DNA from: Escherichia coli
GTDB taxonomy: Bacteria; Pseudomonadota; Gammaproteobacteria; Enterobacterales; Enterobacteriaceae
NCBI RefSeq assembly: GCF_011045215.1
Contig: NZ_CP049201.1
Length of the DNA: 64,000 nt
Strand: one strand, 5' to 3'
The position numbers and the translations under genes were made by a program. This document shows, piece after piece, positions 34,491 through 46,498 of this stretch (the first letter of the stretch is position 1; each line of letters starts with the position of its first letter). The notes beneath the pieces are model-generated. The model had not been told where the DNA came from, made no database searches, and saw only the letters and a program-made list of their open reading frames with translations.

Positions 34491-36202
34491 TGAGCGAAAA
34501 ACATCCAGGGCCTTTAGTGGTCGAAGGAAAACTGACAGACGCCGAGCGCATGAAGCTTGAAAGCAACTACCTGCGCGGCACCATTGCGGAAGATTTAAAC
34601 GACGGTCTGACCGGCGGCTTTAAGGGCGACAACTTCCTGCTGATCCGCTTCCACGGCATGTATCAGCAGGATGACCGCGACATCCGCGCCGAACGTGCTG
34701 AACAGAAGCTGGAGCCGCGCCATGCGATGCTGTTGCGCTGCCGTCTGCCGGGTGGAGTTATCACCACCAAACAGTGGCAGGCGATCGATAAATTTGCCGG
34801 TGAAAACACCATCTATGGCAGCATTCGCCTGACCAACCGCCAGACATTCCAGTTCCACGGCATTCTGAAAAAGAACGTCAAACCGGTGCACCAGATGCTG
34901 CACTCGGTCGGTCTTGATGCGCTGGCGACCGCTAACGACATGAACCGTAACGTACTCTGCACCTCGAACCCTTACGAGTCGCAGCTGCACGCAGAAGCGT
35001 ACGAGTGGGCGAAGAAAATCTCTGAACATCTGCTGCCTCGTACCCGCGCGTATGCGGAGATCTGGCTCGATCAGGAAAAAGTCGCCACCACTGATGAAGA
35101 ACCGATCCTCGGCCAGACCTACCTGCCGCGTAAATTCAAAACCACGGTAGTGATCCCGCCACAGAACGATATCGATCTGCACGCCAACGACATGAACTTC
35201 GTGGCGATCGCCGAAAACGGCAAGCTGGTGGGCTTTAACCTGTTGGTGGGCGGTGGGCTTTCCATCGAACACGGCAACAAGAAAACCTACGCCCGCACCG
35301 CGAGTGAGTTTGGCTATCTGCCGCTAGAGCATACGCTAGCGGTGGCGGAAGCCGTCGTGACAACTCAGCGTGACTGGGGTAACCGAACCGATCGTAAAAA
35401 TGCTAAAACCAAATACACGCTGGAGCGCGTGGGGGTTGAGACGTTTAAAGCGGAAGTGGAGCGTCGCGCGGGGATCAAATTTGAACCGATCCGTCCGTAT
35501 GAGTTCACCGGACGCGGAGATCGTATTGGCTGGGTTAAGGGCATTGATGATAACTGGCACCTGACGCTGTTTATCGAAAATGGTCGCATCCTTGATTATC
35601 CGGGGCGTCCGTTGAAAACCGGCCTGCTGGAGATCGCGAAGATCCACAAAGGTGATTTCCGCATTACGGCGAACCAGAATCTGATCATCGCCGGTGTGCC
35701 GGAAAGCGAGAAAGCGAAGATCGAGAAGATCGCCAAAGAGAGCGGGTTAATGAATGCCGTCACGCCGCAGCGTGAAAACTCAATGGCCTGCGTCTCGTTC
35801 CCGACTTGCCCGCTGGCGATGGCGGAAGCGGAGCGTTTCCTACCGTCTTTTATCGACAACATCGATAATTTAATGGCGAAACATGGTGTTAGCGATGAGC
35901 ATATCGTGATGCGTGTAACAGGCTGCCCGAACGGTTGTGGTCGCGCGATGCTGGCGGAAGTGGGCCTGGTGGGTAAAGCGCCGGGTCGCTACAACCTGCA
36001 TCTTGGCGGCAACCGTATTGGGACACGTATCCCACGGATGTATAAAGAAAACATCACCGAGCCGGAAATCCTGGCGTCGCTTGATGAACTGATAGGGCGC
36101 TGGGCGAAAGAGCGCGAAGCGGGTGAAGGCTTCGGCGACTTTACGGTGCGTGCGGGCATCATTCGCCCGGTGCTCGATCCGGCGCGCGATTTGTGGGATT
36201 AA
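34490..36202 (+). CDS. cysI: sulfite reductase [NADPH] hemoprotein beta component
   Basis: 570-aa ORF; siroheme/4Fe-4S ligand cysteines ([10 protein letters not shown] ... TGCPNGCGR). Confidence 0.95.
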   Translation: MSEKHPGPLVVEGKLTDAERMKLESNYLRGTIAEDLNDGLTGGFKGDNFLLIRFHGMYQQDDRDIRAERAEQKLEPRHAMLLRCRLPGGVITTKQWQAIDKFAGENTIYGSIRLTNRQTFQFHGILKKNVKPVHQMLHSVGLDALATANDMNRNVLCTSNPYESQLHAEAYEWAKKISEHLLPRTRAYAEIWLDQEKVATTDEEPILGQTYLPRKFKTTVVIPPQNDIDLHANDMNFVAIAENGKLVGFNLLVGGGLSIEHGNKKTYARTASEFGYLPLEHTLAVAEAVVTTQRDWGNRTDRKNAKTKYTLERVGVETFKAEVERRAGIKFEPIRPYEFTGRGDRIGWVKGIDDNWHLTLFIENGRILDYPGRPLKTGLLEIAKIHKGDFRITANQNLIIAGVPESEKAKIEKIAKESGLMNAVTPQRENSMACVSFPTCPLAMAEAERFLPSFIDNIDNLMAKHGVSDEHIVMRVTGCPNGCGRAMLAEVGLVGKAPGRYNLHLGGNRIGTRIPRMYKENITEPEILASLDELIGRWAKEREAGEGFGDFTVRAGIIRPVLDPARDLWD

Positions 36203-36217
36203 CCATCAGCCCGGTCT

Positions 36218-36255
36218 TGTAGGCCTGATAAGACGCGTGAGCGTCGCATCAGGCA
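36218..36255. repeat. REP element between cysI and cysH
   Basis: tgtaggcctgataagacgcgtgagcgtcgcatcaggca. Confidence 0.75.
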
Positions 36256-36275
36256 AGGCAAACAGTGAGGAATCT

Positions 36276-37010
36276 ATGCCCAAACTCGATCTAAACGCCC
36301 TGAACGAACTGCCGAAGGTAGATCGCATTCTGGCGCTGGCAGAAACTAACGCCCAACTGGAAAAACTGGACGCTGAAGGCCGCGTAGCCTGGGCGCTGGA
36401 TAATCTGCCCGGTGAATATGTGCTTTCTTCCAGCTTCGGCATTCAGGCGGCGGTGAGCCTGCATCTGGTGAATCAGATTCGCCCGGATATTCCAGTGATC
36501 CTCACCGATACCGGTTACTTGTTCCCGGAAACCTACCGCTTTATTGACGAGTTAACGGACAAACTCAAGCTCAACCTGAAAGTGTACCGTGCTACCGAAA
36601 GCGCAGCCTGGCAGGAAGCACGCTACGGAAAACTGTGGGAGCAGGGCGTTGAAGGCATTGAAAAGTACAATGACATCAACAAAGTCGAACCGATGAACCG
36701 GGCGCTGAAAGAACTTAACGCGCAAACGTGGTTTGCTGGCCTGCGCCGTGAACAATCCGGCAGCCGCGCCAATTTACCGGTGCTGGCAATTCAGCGTGGC
36801 GTATTTAAAGTGCTGCCGATTATCGACTGGGATAACCGAACTATTTATCAGTACCTGCAAAAACATGGCCTGAAATATCACCCATTATGGGACGAAGGAT
36901 ATTTATCGGTGGGCGATACCCATACAACTCGTAAATGGGAACCCGGCATGGCGGAAGAAGAAACGCGTTTCTTTGGCTTAAAAAGGGAATGTGGGTTACA
37001 CGAAGGGTAA
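36276..37010 (+). CDS. cysH: phosphoadenosine phosphosulfate (PAPS) reductase
   Basis: ATG at 36276 ([14 protein letters not shown]...) gives 244 aa; the track ORF extends upstream through the REP; C-terminal ECGLH motif. Confidence 0.95.
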   Translation: MPKLDLNALNELPKVDRILALAETNAQLEKLDAEGRVAWALDNLPGEYVLSSSFGIQAAVSLHLVNQIRPDIPVILTDTGYLFPETYRFIDELTDKLKLNLKVYRATESAAWQEARYGKLWEQGVEGIEKYNDINKVEPMNRALKELNAQTWFAGLRREQSGSRANLPVLAIQRGVFKVLPIIDWDNRTIYQYLQKHGLKYHPLWDEGYLSVGDTHTTRKWEPGMAEEETRFFGLKRECGLHEG

Positions 37011-37274
37011 TTAATGCCGGATAAATTAAACGCCTCTGTCAGAAATGATGGGGGCGTTTTTATTTTGCGAGCAGCATTCCTGATTTTAAACGTGAACGCC
37101 GCTGGAAGAATTATCAGGTATAGAATGGCGTCGGGTGCTTGAGGCTGTCTGGCGTTAAGCATTCGCGAGGTTCCAGATGGACAAAAGCCCCAGGCGATAT
37201 TTCTATCAACCTGAGGCCAGCGTTCGAACCTAAGCAATTCGAATGTTAGTCTCTTCTTTGCAGGGAGGCAAGAC

Positions 37275-37427
37275 ATGCTGACAAAATATGCCCTTGTGGC
37301 AATCATCGTACTGTGTTGTACAGTACTGGGATTCACGCTGATGGTAGGCGACTCGTTGTGTGAGTTGAGTATCAGAGAACGTGGTATGGAGTTTAAGGCT
37401 GTTCTCGCTTACGAATCGAAGAAGTAG
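37275..37427 (+). CDS. Hok/Gef-family type I toxin (50 aa)
   Basis: Not in the ORF track. ATG at 37275 preceded by GGGAGG; [50 protein letters not shown] has one TM helix and the Hok signature (CE..IR...E..A.LAYES). Same intergenic position as the K-12 hokX/sokX locus, as far as I recall. Confidence 0.75.
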   Translation: MLTKYALVAIIVLCCTVLGFTLMVGDSLCELSIRERGMEFKAVLAYESKK

Positions 37428-37619
37428 CCACCACGCGGGGGTAAAACCCCGCGTATTGAATTGTGATGGTTTGGTCTCCTGCACCCTTTTTTAAATTTAT
37501 ATTTTTTATGTGAATATATTGTCTCTATTTATTATTATGAATTTCAAATGAAAATCATAAATTTATTCACAATATAAATGTTTTATTGGCTGATATATAT
37601 CACAGATAATTTTTAAAAT

Positions 37620-40319
37620 ATGCGTAAATATCCTTTAAGTTTACTGAAGGATAAAAATATTGTGACTTTCTTTGATTTCTGGGGAAAAACCCGACGCGAC
37701 GAGAAAGAAGGGGGTGACGACTATCACCTTCTTTGCTGGCATTCGCTGGATGTGGCCGCGATGGGCTATTTAATGGTTAAAAGAAATTGCTTCGGGCTGG
37801 CTGATTATTTTCGTCAATTAGGGATTTCTGACAAGGAACAGGCGGCTCAATTTTTCGCCTGGTTGTTGTGCTGGCACGATATTGGAAAATTTGCCCGCTC
37901 ATTTCAGCAACTTTACCTGCACCCACAACTCAAGGTTCCGGAAGGCGCAAGAAAGAATTACGAAAAGATCTCTCATTCAACGCTGGGCTACTGGTTGTGG
38001 CATCATTATTTAAGTGAATGCGAAGAATTGCTTCCTGCCTCTTCACTCTCTACTCGCAAACTTAAACGTGTAATAGCGATGTGGATGCCCATGACTACCG
38101 GGCATCATGGTCGGCCCCCTGACCGTATTGATGAACTGGATAATTTTCTGCCTGAAGACAAAGTTGCCGCGCGAGATTTTCTCCTTGAAATCAAGGCACT
38201 GTGTCCGCTCATAGAGATTCCCACATTCTGGGATAATGACGAGGGAGTTGAACTTTTAAAACAACTTTCCTGGTATATCTCTGCAACAGTCGTACTTGCA
38301 GACTGGACGGGTTCGTCAACGCGATTTTTTCCACGCGTCGCACACCCAATGGATATTAAAGATTACTGGCAGAAAACTTTAGTTCAGGCTCAAAACGCCT
38401 TAACCGTCTTTCCTCCAAAAGCAGAAACCGCACCTTTCACCGGAATTAATACGCTGTTTCCTTTTATTGAGCACCCGACACCATTACAGCAAAAGGTGCT
38501 GGATCTGGATATCAGCCAGCCAGGGCCACAGTTATTTATTCTGGAAGACGTGACTGGCGCAGGTAAAACAGAAGCGGCGCTTATCCTGGCGCACAGGTTG
38601 ATGGCTGCGAGGAAAGCACAGGGTTTGTTTTTTGGCCTGCCAACAATGGCAACGGCCAATGCCATGTACGATCGGCTGGTCAAAACCTGGCTTGCTTTCT
38701 TTTCGCCAGAATCCCGCCCCAGCCTGGTGCTGGCACACAGCGCCCGTACATTAATGGAACGCTTTAATGAATCACTCTGGTCCGGTGATTTAGTCGGGTC
38801 AGAAGAACCGGATGAACAAGCGTTCAGTCAAGGATGTGCAGCCTGGTTTGCCGACAGTAACAAGAAGGCTTTACTGGCTGAAATTGGCGTCGGCACGCTG
38901 GATCAGGCGATGATGGCAGTGATGCCGTTTAAACATAATAATCTGCGGCTTCTGGGGTTGAGTAACAAAATCCTGCTGGCTGATGAGATCCACGCCTGTG
39001 ACGCTTACATGTCGTACATTCTTGAAGGGTTGATTGAGCGACAGGTGCGTGGCGGAAACAGCGTCATTTTGCTTTCTGCTACGTTATCTCAACAGCAGCG
39101 CGACAAACTTGTCGCCGCCTTTGCGCGTGGCACAGAGGGCCAGCAAGAAGCTCCGTTCCTGGAAAAGGATGATTACCCCTGGCTGACGCATGTCACGAAA
39201 TCCGATGTGCATTCGCACCGGGTAGCGACGCGCAAAGACGTTGAGCGTAGCGTGAGCGTGGGTTGGCTTCATAGCGAACAAGAATGTATTGCGCGTATCG
39301 AATCAGCGGTAAGTCAGGGGAAATGCATCGCCTGGATCCGGAATTCTGTCGATGACGCTATTAAGGTTTATCGTCAGTTACTTGCCCGCGGCGTCATTCC
39401 TGCTTCCAGCCTTTCACTTTTTCATAGCCGCTTTGCTTTTAGCGATCGCCAGCGAATTGAAACGGAAACGCTGGCACGCTTTGGTAAAAATTGTAGTTTA
39501 AAAAGATCATCTCAAGTCATTGTTTGTACACAAGTAATTGAGCAAAGTGTGGATATTGACCTGGACGAAATGATCTCCGACCTGGCCCCCATTGATTTGC
39601 TGATCCAGCGAGCGGGGCGATTACAACGGCATATTCGCGATATTAATGGTCAGTTAAAGCGTGATGGAAAAGACGAGCGTTCCCCTCCTGAATTGCTGAT
39701 TCTGGCCCCCGTCTGGGACGACTCTCCGGGTGACGAATGGTTTGGCAGTGCGATGCGTAACAGCGCATATGTCTACCCCGATCATGGGCGAATCTGGCTG
39801 ACGCAGCGAGTATTGCGTGAGCAAGGCGCTATTCAGATGCCACACGCAGCCCGGCTTCTTATTGAATCCGTCTACGGTGAGGACGTGGTAATGCCGGAAG
39901 GATTTGCCCGCAGCGAGCAGGAGCAAGTGGGCAAATATTACTGCGATCGCGCAATGGCTAAAAAGTTTATGCTGAACTTCAGGCCCGGCTATGCCGCCAA
40001 TATCAACGATTACCTCCCGGAAAAGCTGTCGACACGTCTGGCTGAAGAGTCTGTTTCCCTGTGGCTGGCTACCTGTATTGACGGTGTGGTGAAGCCTTAT
40101 GCCAGCGGTGCTCACGCATGGGAAATGAGCGTTGCCAGAGTGCGTCGAAGCTGGTGGAAAAAACATCGGGATGAATTTTCTTTACTGGAAGGGGAAGCGT
40201 TCAGGCAGTGGTGTGTTGAACAACGGCAAGATCCGGAGATGGCAAACGTGATTTTAGTCACTGATGACGAAAGTTGCGGGTATTCGGCCAGGGAGGGATT
40301 GATTGGCAAGGTTGATTGA
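37620..40319 (+). CDS. cas3: type I-E CRISPR-associated helicase/nuclease Cas3
   Basis: 899-aa ORF; HD domain (HSLDVAAMG...WHDIGKF), Walker A-like (TGAGKTEA), DEAH-like (LADEIHACD), C-terminal domain; first gene of the cas operon. Confidence 0.93.
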   Translation: MRKYPLSLLKDKNIVTFFDFWGKTRRDEKEGGDDYHLLCWHSLDVAAMGYLMVKRNCFGLADYFRQLGISDKEQAAQFFAWLLCWHDIGKFARSFQQLYLHPQLKVPEGARKNYEKISHSTLGYWLWHHYLSECEELLPASSLSTRKLKRVIAMWMPMTTGHHGRPPDRIDELDNFLPEDKVAARDFLLEIKALCPLIEIPTFWDNDEGVELLKQLSWYISATVVLADWTGSSTRFFPRVAHPMDIKDYWQKTLVQAQNALTVFPPKAETAPFTGINTLFPFIEHPTPLQQKVLDLDISQPGPQLFILEDVTGAGKTEAALILAHRLMAARKAQGLFFGLPTMATANAMYDRLVKTWLAFFSPESRPSLVLAHSARTLMERFNESLWSGDLVGSEEPDEQAFSQGCAAWFADSNKKALLAEIGVGTLDQAMMAVMPFKHNNLRLLGLSNKILLADEIHACDAYMSYILEGLIERQVRGGNSVILLSATLSQQQRDKLVAAFARGTEGQQEAPFLEKDDYPWLTHVTKSDVHSHRVATRKDVERSVSVGWLHSEQECIARIESAVSQGKCIAWIRNSVDDAIKVYRQLLARGVIPASSLSLFHSRFAFSDRQRIETETLARFGKNCSLKRSSQVIVCTQVIEQSVDIDLDEMISDLAPIDLLIQRAGRLQRHIRDINGQLKRDGKDERSPPELLILAPVWDDSPGDEWFGSAMRNSAYVYPDHGRIWLTQRVLREQGAIQMPHAARLLIESVYGEDVVMPEGFARSEQEQVGKYYCDRAMAKKFMLNFRPGYAANINDYLPEKLSTRLAEESVSLWLATCIDGVVKPYASGAHAWEMSVARVRRSWWKKHRDEFSLLEGEAFRQWCVEQRQDPEMANVILVTDDESCGYSAREGLIGKVD

Positions 40320-40408
40320 GATGCCTGCGACAGAGACTCTCTGAATAGTTGATACACCGAAAAGGATGGATAACCGACCTGGATGGTCTTTTTTACGAGA
40401 GGATGCGT

Positions 40409-41971
40409 ATGAACTTGTTTTCACTTCTGACAACCCCGTGGTTGCCCGTTCGTTTTAAAGACGGAACGACAGGCAAACTGGCGCCAGTCGATCTGGCTGA
40501 TGAAAATGTTGTCGATATCGCCGCGCCGCGAGCAGATTTACAAGGTGCGGCATGGCAGTTTTTGCTGGGGCTACTACAAACCAGCTTTGCGCCAAAAGAT
40601 CATCGTCGTTGGGATGATATCTGGGAAGACGGACTGGAAGCTGAAAAGCTAAGGGAAGCATTGCTGTCATTAGAACATGCTTTCCAGTTTGGCCCAGATT
40701 CCCCTTCATTTATGCAGGATTTTGAGGCGCTCACGGGAGATAAAGTTCAGGTCGCTTCGCTACTGCCTGATGTTCCCGGCGCTCAAACGACGAAGTTTAA
40801 TAAAGACCATTTTATCAAGCGTGGTGTAACGGAATATCTGTGCCCCCATTGTTTAGCATTGGCCTTGTTCTCTTTACAGTTGAATGCACCAGCGGGTGGC
40901 AAAGGCTATCGCACCGGTTTGCGCGGCGGTGGGCCGATGACCACTCTGATTGAATTACAGGAATATCAGGGCAATCAACAAACACCCTTATGGCGCAAAC
41001 TGTGGCTCAACGTGATGCCGCAGGATGAAGCCGACTTACCGCTACCCCAAAAATTTGACGATCTGGTTTTCCCCTGGCTTGGCCCGACGCGTACCAGCGA
41101 ACTGGCCGGTGCGGTGGTAACCGATGATCAGGTTAATAAACTCCAGGCGTACTGGGGAATGCCACGGCGTATTCGTATTGATTTTAATACCACCACAGTC
41201 GGCAACTGCGATATTTGCGGTGAGCAGAGCGACGCGCTTCTGAGCCTGATGACGACCAAAAATTACGGCGCTAACTATGCCATGTGGCAGCATCCCTTAA
41301 CGCCTTACCGTGTACCACTTAAAGAGGGCGGCGAGTTTTACTCAGTTAAACCACAACCGGGCGGTTTAATCTGGCGCGACTGGTTAGGCCTTATCGAAAC
41401 GGGGAAATCAGAAAACAATACGGAACTTCCCGCGCTGGTGGTGAAACTCTTTAATGCCAGCAGTCTGAAACAGGCAAAAGTGGGCCTGTGGGGATTTGGT
41501 TATGATTTTGACAACATGAAAGCGCGCTGTTGGTACGAGCACCATTTCCCGCTTCTGCTCAATAAAAAAGAAGGCCAGATACCGAAACTGCGGCTGGCTG
41601 CGCAAACGGCTTCACGGATTCTGAGTCTGTTACGGAGTGCATTGAAAGAAGCGTGGTTCTCCGATCCAAAAGGTGCACGGGGTGATTTCAGTTTTGTGGA
41701 TATCGACTTCTGGAACAAAACTCAGCATCGCTTCCTGAGGTTAGTGCGCCAAATTGAAGAAGGTCAGGATGCGGATGAATTACTCGGCAAATGGCAAAAG
41801 GAAATTTGGTTATTCGCACGTCAGGATTTTGACGAGCGTGTATTCACCAATCCTTATGAGCCCGTTGATTTGGAACGCGTCATGACCGCGCGCAAGAAAT
41901 ATTTTACAACATCGGCGGAGAAGCAAAGTGCTAAAGCCGCCAGGGAGAAAAAGCAGGAGGCTGCTGAATGA
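40409..41971 (+). CDS. casA: Cascade large subunit Cse1 (CasA)
   Basis: ATG at 40409 (MNLFSLLTTPWLPVRF...; alternative ATG at 40403; track TTG 40349); about 520 aa; position and size match Cse1; clearly divergent from the K-12 CasA sequence as I recall it. Confidence 0.88.
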   Translation: MNLFSLLTTPWLPVRFKDGTTGKLAPVDLADENVVDIAAPRADLQGAAWQFLLGLLQTSFAPKDHRRWDDIWEDGLEAEKLREALLSLEHAFQFGPDSPSFMQDFEALTGDKVQVASLLPDVPGAQTTKFNKDHFIKRGVTEYLCPHCLALALFSLQLNAPAGGKGYRTGLRGGGPMTTLIELQEYQGNQQTPLWRKLWLNVMPQDEADLPLPQKFDDLVFPWLGPTRTSELAGAVVTDDQVNKLQAYWGMPRRIRIDFNTTTVGNCDICGEQSDALLSLMTTKNYGANYAMWQHPLTPYRVPLKEGGEFYSVKPQPGGLIWRDWLGLIETGKSENNTELPALVVKLFNASSLKQAKVGLWGFGYDFDNMKARCWYEHHFPLLLNKKEGQIPKLRLAAQTASRILSLLRSALKEAWFSDPKGARGDFSFVDIDFWNKTQHRFLRLVRQIEEGQDADELLGKWQKEIWLFARQDFDERVFTNPYEPVDLERVMTARKKYFTTSAEKQSAKAAREKKQEAAE

Positions 41972-42504
41972 GTATTGTAAAAGAGGAGCACAAAGCCACG
42001 CTGCGCAAATGGCATGAGGAATTGCAGGAGAAACGCGGCGAACGTGCCAGTCTGCGGCGTAGTACGACGGTTAATGATGTTTGTCTGACGGATGGATTTC
42101 GCCTGTTTCTGAAGAACAGACAAATAAAGTGGCAGGATGAACCTGAATGGCGTATTACCGCACTGGCGCTGATAGCCGCACTTAGCGCTAATGTTAAAGC
42201 CATTGATGAACGGCTGCCTTTTGCTGCGCAGCTGGCGGCGGTAATGTCAAAGGGGCGTTTTACTCGCCTGTCGGCAGTAAAAACACCGGATGAATTACTG
42301 CGCCAGTTACGCCGCGCAGTCAGATTATTAAACGGTTCCGTTAATCTTGACTCTCTGGCAGAGGGTGTCTTCCGCTGGTGCCAGGAGAGCGACGATCTGC
42401 TCAATCATCACCGCCGTCATCAGCGGCCAACCGAATTTATCCGTATCCGCTGGGCGCTGGAATATTACCAGGCTGGCGACGCCGATAACGAACAAAATCA
42501 ATAA
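41968..42504 (+). CDS. casB: Cascade small subunit Cse2 (CasB)
   Basis: 178-aa helical, basic ORF overlapping the casA stop. Confidence 0.88.
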   Translation: MSIVKEEHKATLRKWHEELQEKRGERASLRRSTTVNDVCLTDGFRLFLKNRQIKWQDEPEWRITALALIAALSANVKAIDERLPFAAQLAAVMSKGRFTRLSAVKTPDELLRQLRRAVRLLNGSVNLDSLAEGVFRWCQESDDLLNHHRRHQRPTEFIRIRWALEYYQAGDADNEQNQ

Positions 42505-42515
42505 AGGACTATCTC

Positions 42516-43571
42516 ATGACGACATTTATTCAGCTTCATTTGTTAACCGCTTACCCTGCAGCCAACCTTAACCGTGATGACACCGGAGCGCCGAAAACCG
42601 TGGTCCTGGGTGGAGCAACGCGACTGCGCGTTTCCTCGCAAAGTCTGAAACGTGCGTGGCGCACTTCTGCACTTTTTGAACAGGCACTGGCGGGCCATAT
42701 TGGTATTCGCAGTGGGCGTATTGCGCGTGAGGCGGCAACGATCCTGATTGAGAAAGGCATCGAAGAGAAAAAAGCCATCGAATGGGCGGCAAAAATTGCG
42801 GATTATCTTGGGAAAGCTAAAAACGACAAAAAACCAAAAGATCCGCTCACTAACGCCGAAACTGAACAATTAGTCCATATCAGCCCGGCAGAATTTGACG
42901 CCGTAAAAGCGCTGGCCCATCAACTGGCCGAAGAAAAGCGCGCGCCAAAAGAGGAAGATCTCGCTTTGTTACGTAAAGATCGCATGGCGGTAGATATCGC
43001 TATGTTTGGTCGTATGCTGGCGAATAAACCCGAATTTAATGTTGAAGCCGCCTGCCAGGTCGCGCATGCATTTGGTGTCAGTGAAACGATTGTCGAAGAT
43101 GATTTTTTCACCGCCGTTGATGATTTGCGCCAGGCTTCTGAAGATGCCGGTGCCGGGCATCTTGGTGAAACCGGATTCGGTTCTGCGCTGTTCTACACCT
43201 ATATCTGCATCGATAAAGATCTGCTGGTCGAAAACCTCGGCGGTGACGAAGCGTTAGCTAATCAGACCTTGCGCGCCTTTACGGAAGCCGCACTTAAAGT
43301 CTCCCCAACCGGCAAACAGAACAGCTTTGCCAGCCGTGCCTACGCCTCCTGGGCGCTGGCAGAAAAAGGGACTGAACAACCACGCTCTCTGGCGGCGGCT
43401 TTCTATGAACCCATTAATGGCACCCGGCAGTTAGATGTGGCGGTGCAGCGTATTACAACGCTTCGCGAAAATATGAATACGGTCTATGAACAGAAGACCG
43501 AATGCGCAAGCTTTGACGTGATGAACAAACAGGGAAGCATGAAGGACGTGCTGGACTTTATCTGCGCGTAA
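42516..43571 (+). CDS. casC: Cascade backbone subunit Cas7 (CasC)
   Basis: 351-aa ORF MTTFIQLHLLTAYPAANLNRDDTGAPK... (conserved Cas7e N-terminus). Confidence 0.92.
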   Translation: MTTFIQLHLLTAYPAANLNRDDTGAPKTVVLGGATRLRVSSQSLKRAWRTSALFEQALAGHIGIRSGRIAREAATILIEKGIEEKKAIEWAAKIADYLGKAKNDKKPKDPLTNAETEQLVHISPAEFDAVKALAHQLAEEKRAPKEEDLALLRKDRMAVDIAMFGRMLANKPEFNVEAACQVAHAFGVSETIVEDDFFTAVDDLRQASEDAGAGHLGETGFGSALFYTYICIDKDLLVENLGGDEALANQTLRAFTEAALKVSPTGKQNSFASRAYASWALAEKGTEQPRSLAAAFYEPINGTRQLDVAVQRITTLRENMNTVYEQKTECASFDVMNKQGSMKDVLDFICA

Positions 43572-43581
43572 GGGGCGGCTA

Positions 43582-44328
43582 ATGAGCCAATATTTGATTT
43601 TTCAGCTTCATGGGCCAATGGCATCCTGGGGCGTCGATGCCCCCGGCGAAGTGCGTCATACCCATGAACTGCCTTCGCGCTCAGCATTGCTGGGGCTGCT
43701 GGCTGCCGGGGTAGGGATTCGGCGTGATGATACCGAACGATTAAACGCGTTTAACCGCCACTATTCACTGGTGGTTTGCGCCAGCCGTAACCCGCGCTGG
43801 GCACGGGATTATCACACGATCCAGATGCCAAAAGAGGTGCGTAAAGCGCGTTATTTCAGCCGTCGCGAAGAGTTGAGCGACCCTGATCTTCTGAGCGCGA
43901 TTATCTCCCGGCGCGACTACTACACCGACGCCTGGTGGATGGTGGCGGTGGCAACAACAGCCGATGCGCCTTACAGCCTCGAACAGTTGCAGGGCGGTTT
44001 ACGCCATCCAGTTTTTCCTCTTTATCTGGGGCGAAAAAGTCATCCGCTGGCATTACCACTTGCGCCGTTACTGCTCGAAGGCAACGCGTCTGATGTTTTA
44101 CGTAACGCATATCACCAGTATCAGGAGCATTTCCACGACCTGAAAATCGCACTCCCGAAACTTCAGGATGAATGCTGGTGGGAAGGGGAGCACGACGGCC
44201 TGGTCGCGAGCAAAATATTGCGCCGCCGGGATGTTCCTTTAAATCGTCAGCAATGGCTGTTTGGGGAACGCACCGTCAATCAGGGGCCGTGGCTCAGCAA
44301 GGAGGAACCATGTACCTCTCAAGAATAA
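43582..44328 (+). CDS. casD: Cascade subunit Cas5 (CasD)
   Basis: 248-aa ORF MSQYLIFQLHGPMASWG... (Cas5e N-terminus). Confidence 0.9.
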   Translation: MSQYLIFQLHGPMASWGVDAPGEVRHTHELPSRSALLGLLAAGVGIRRDDTERLNAFNRHYSLVVCASRNPRWARDYHTIQMPKEVRKARYFSRREELSDPDLLSAIISRRDYYTDAWWMVAVATTADAPYSLEQLQGGLRHPVFPLYLGRKSHPLALPLAPLLLEGNASDVLRNAYHQYQEHFHDLKIALPKLQDECWWEGEHDGLVASKILRRRDVPLNRQQWLFGERTVNQGPWLSKEEPCTSQE

Positions 44329-44956
44329 CCTTACATACCGGCCAGCTTTCGCCTGCGCAGTTGCTGCATCTGGTGGAGCGCGGGGAATATGTGATGCATC
44401 AGTGGCTGTGGGATCTCTTCCCTGGCGGCAAAGAAAGGCAATTTCTTTATCGTCGGGAAGAACTCCAGGGCGCGTTTCGCTTTTTTGTACTGTCGCAGGA
44501 ACGCCCGGCGGAAAGTGAAACGTTCACCATCGAATGCCGGTCATTTGTGCCCGAGCTGCGTACCGGACAACAACTTTGTTTCAACCTGCGGGCGAATCCA
44601 ACAATCTGTAAAGCGGGCAAGCGCCACGATCTGCTGATGGAGGCGAAACGGCAGGTGAGGGGGCAGGCGGAAGGAAGTGATGTCTGGTTGCATCAACAAC
44701 AGGCGGCGCTGGACTGGCTGGCAGCGCAGGGGGAGAGAAGCGGTTTTACACTGCTGGATACCTCGGTTGATGCCTACCGACAACAGCAACTGCGGCGGGA
44801 AAACTCCCGGCAACTGATCCAGTTCAGTAGCGTGGATTATACGGGGATGCTTACGGTCACCGATCCCGGGTTATTTCTGCAACGTCTCAGTCAGGGGTAT
44901 GGCAAAAGCCGCGCGTTCGGCTGTGGTCTGATGCTGATCAAACCCGGAGCAGAGGC

Positions 44957-44960
<4 letters not shown>
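44310..44960 (+). CDS. casE: crRNA endoribonuclease Cas6e (CasE)
   Basis: ATG at 44310 after AGGAGG (MYLSRITLHTGQL...), 216 aa; the track ORF begins upstream inside casD. Confidence 0.9.
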
Positions 44961-46170
<1,210 letters not shown>

Positions 46171-46266
46171 GTTATGTGTTCTTTAAAAATAAGGAAATGT
46201 TTGAATTTAGTTGGTAGATTGTTGATGTGGAATAAATTTGTTTAAAAACAGATATGTATGCTTAGT
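46171..46266 (+). promoter_or_regulatory. AT-rich CRISPR leader (cas2-proximal array)
   Basis: About 95 bp of AT-rich sequence between the cas2 stop and the first repeat. Confidence 0.6.
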
Positions 46267-46477
46267 GTGTTCCCCGCGCCAGCGGGGATAAACCGGTGCA
46301 TAAAAAATGATACCCCAGCGTTTCGTTGTGTTCCCCGCGCCAGCGGGGATAAACCGATTGAAATAGATCTCCCCGACATTAACGAACAGTGTTCCCCGCG
46401 CCAGCGGGGATAAACCGGGCGCACTGGATGCGATGATGGATATCACTTAGAATTCCCCGCCCCTGCGGTAGAACTCC
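46267..46477 (+). CRISPR. CRISPR array, type I-E repeats, 4 repeats / 3 spacers
   Basis: GTGTTCCCCGCGCCAGCGGGGATAAACCG at 46267, 46328, 46389, and a degenerate terminal repeat (gaattccccgcccctgcggtagaactcc) at 46450. Spacers: gtgcataaaaaatgataccccagcgtttcgtt; attgaaatagatctccccgacattaacgaaca; ggcgcactggatgcgatgatggatatcactta. Confidence 0.97.
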
Positions 46478-46498
46478 CAGCTCCCATTTTCAAACCCA

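Noticed and set aside
37176-37232. 18-codon ORF ([18 protein letters not shown]) upstream of the hok-like gene as a candidate mok
   Set aside because: It ends before the hok start instead of overlapping it as mok does in canonical hok/sok loci; mok and Sok are left unresolved.
46207-46446. ORFs of 79 and 60 aa (46207-46446, 46242-46424, minus strand) inside the cas2-proximal CRISPR array
   Set aside because: They read through repeat-spacer units and are repetitive translations of the 29-bp repeat (SPLARGT...); a CRISPR array is the far better explanation.
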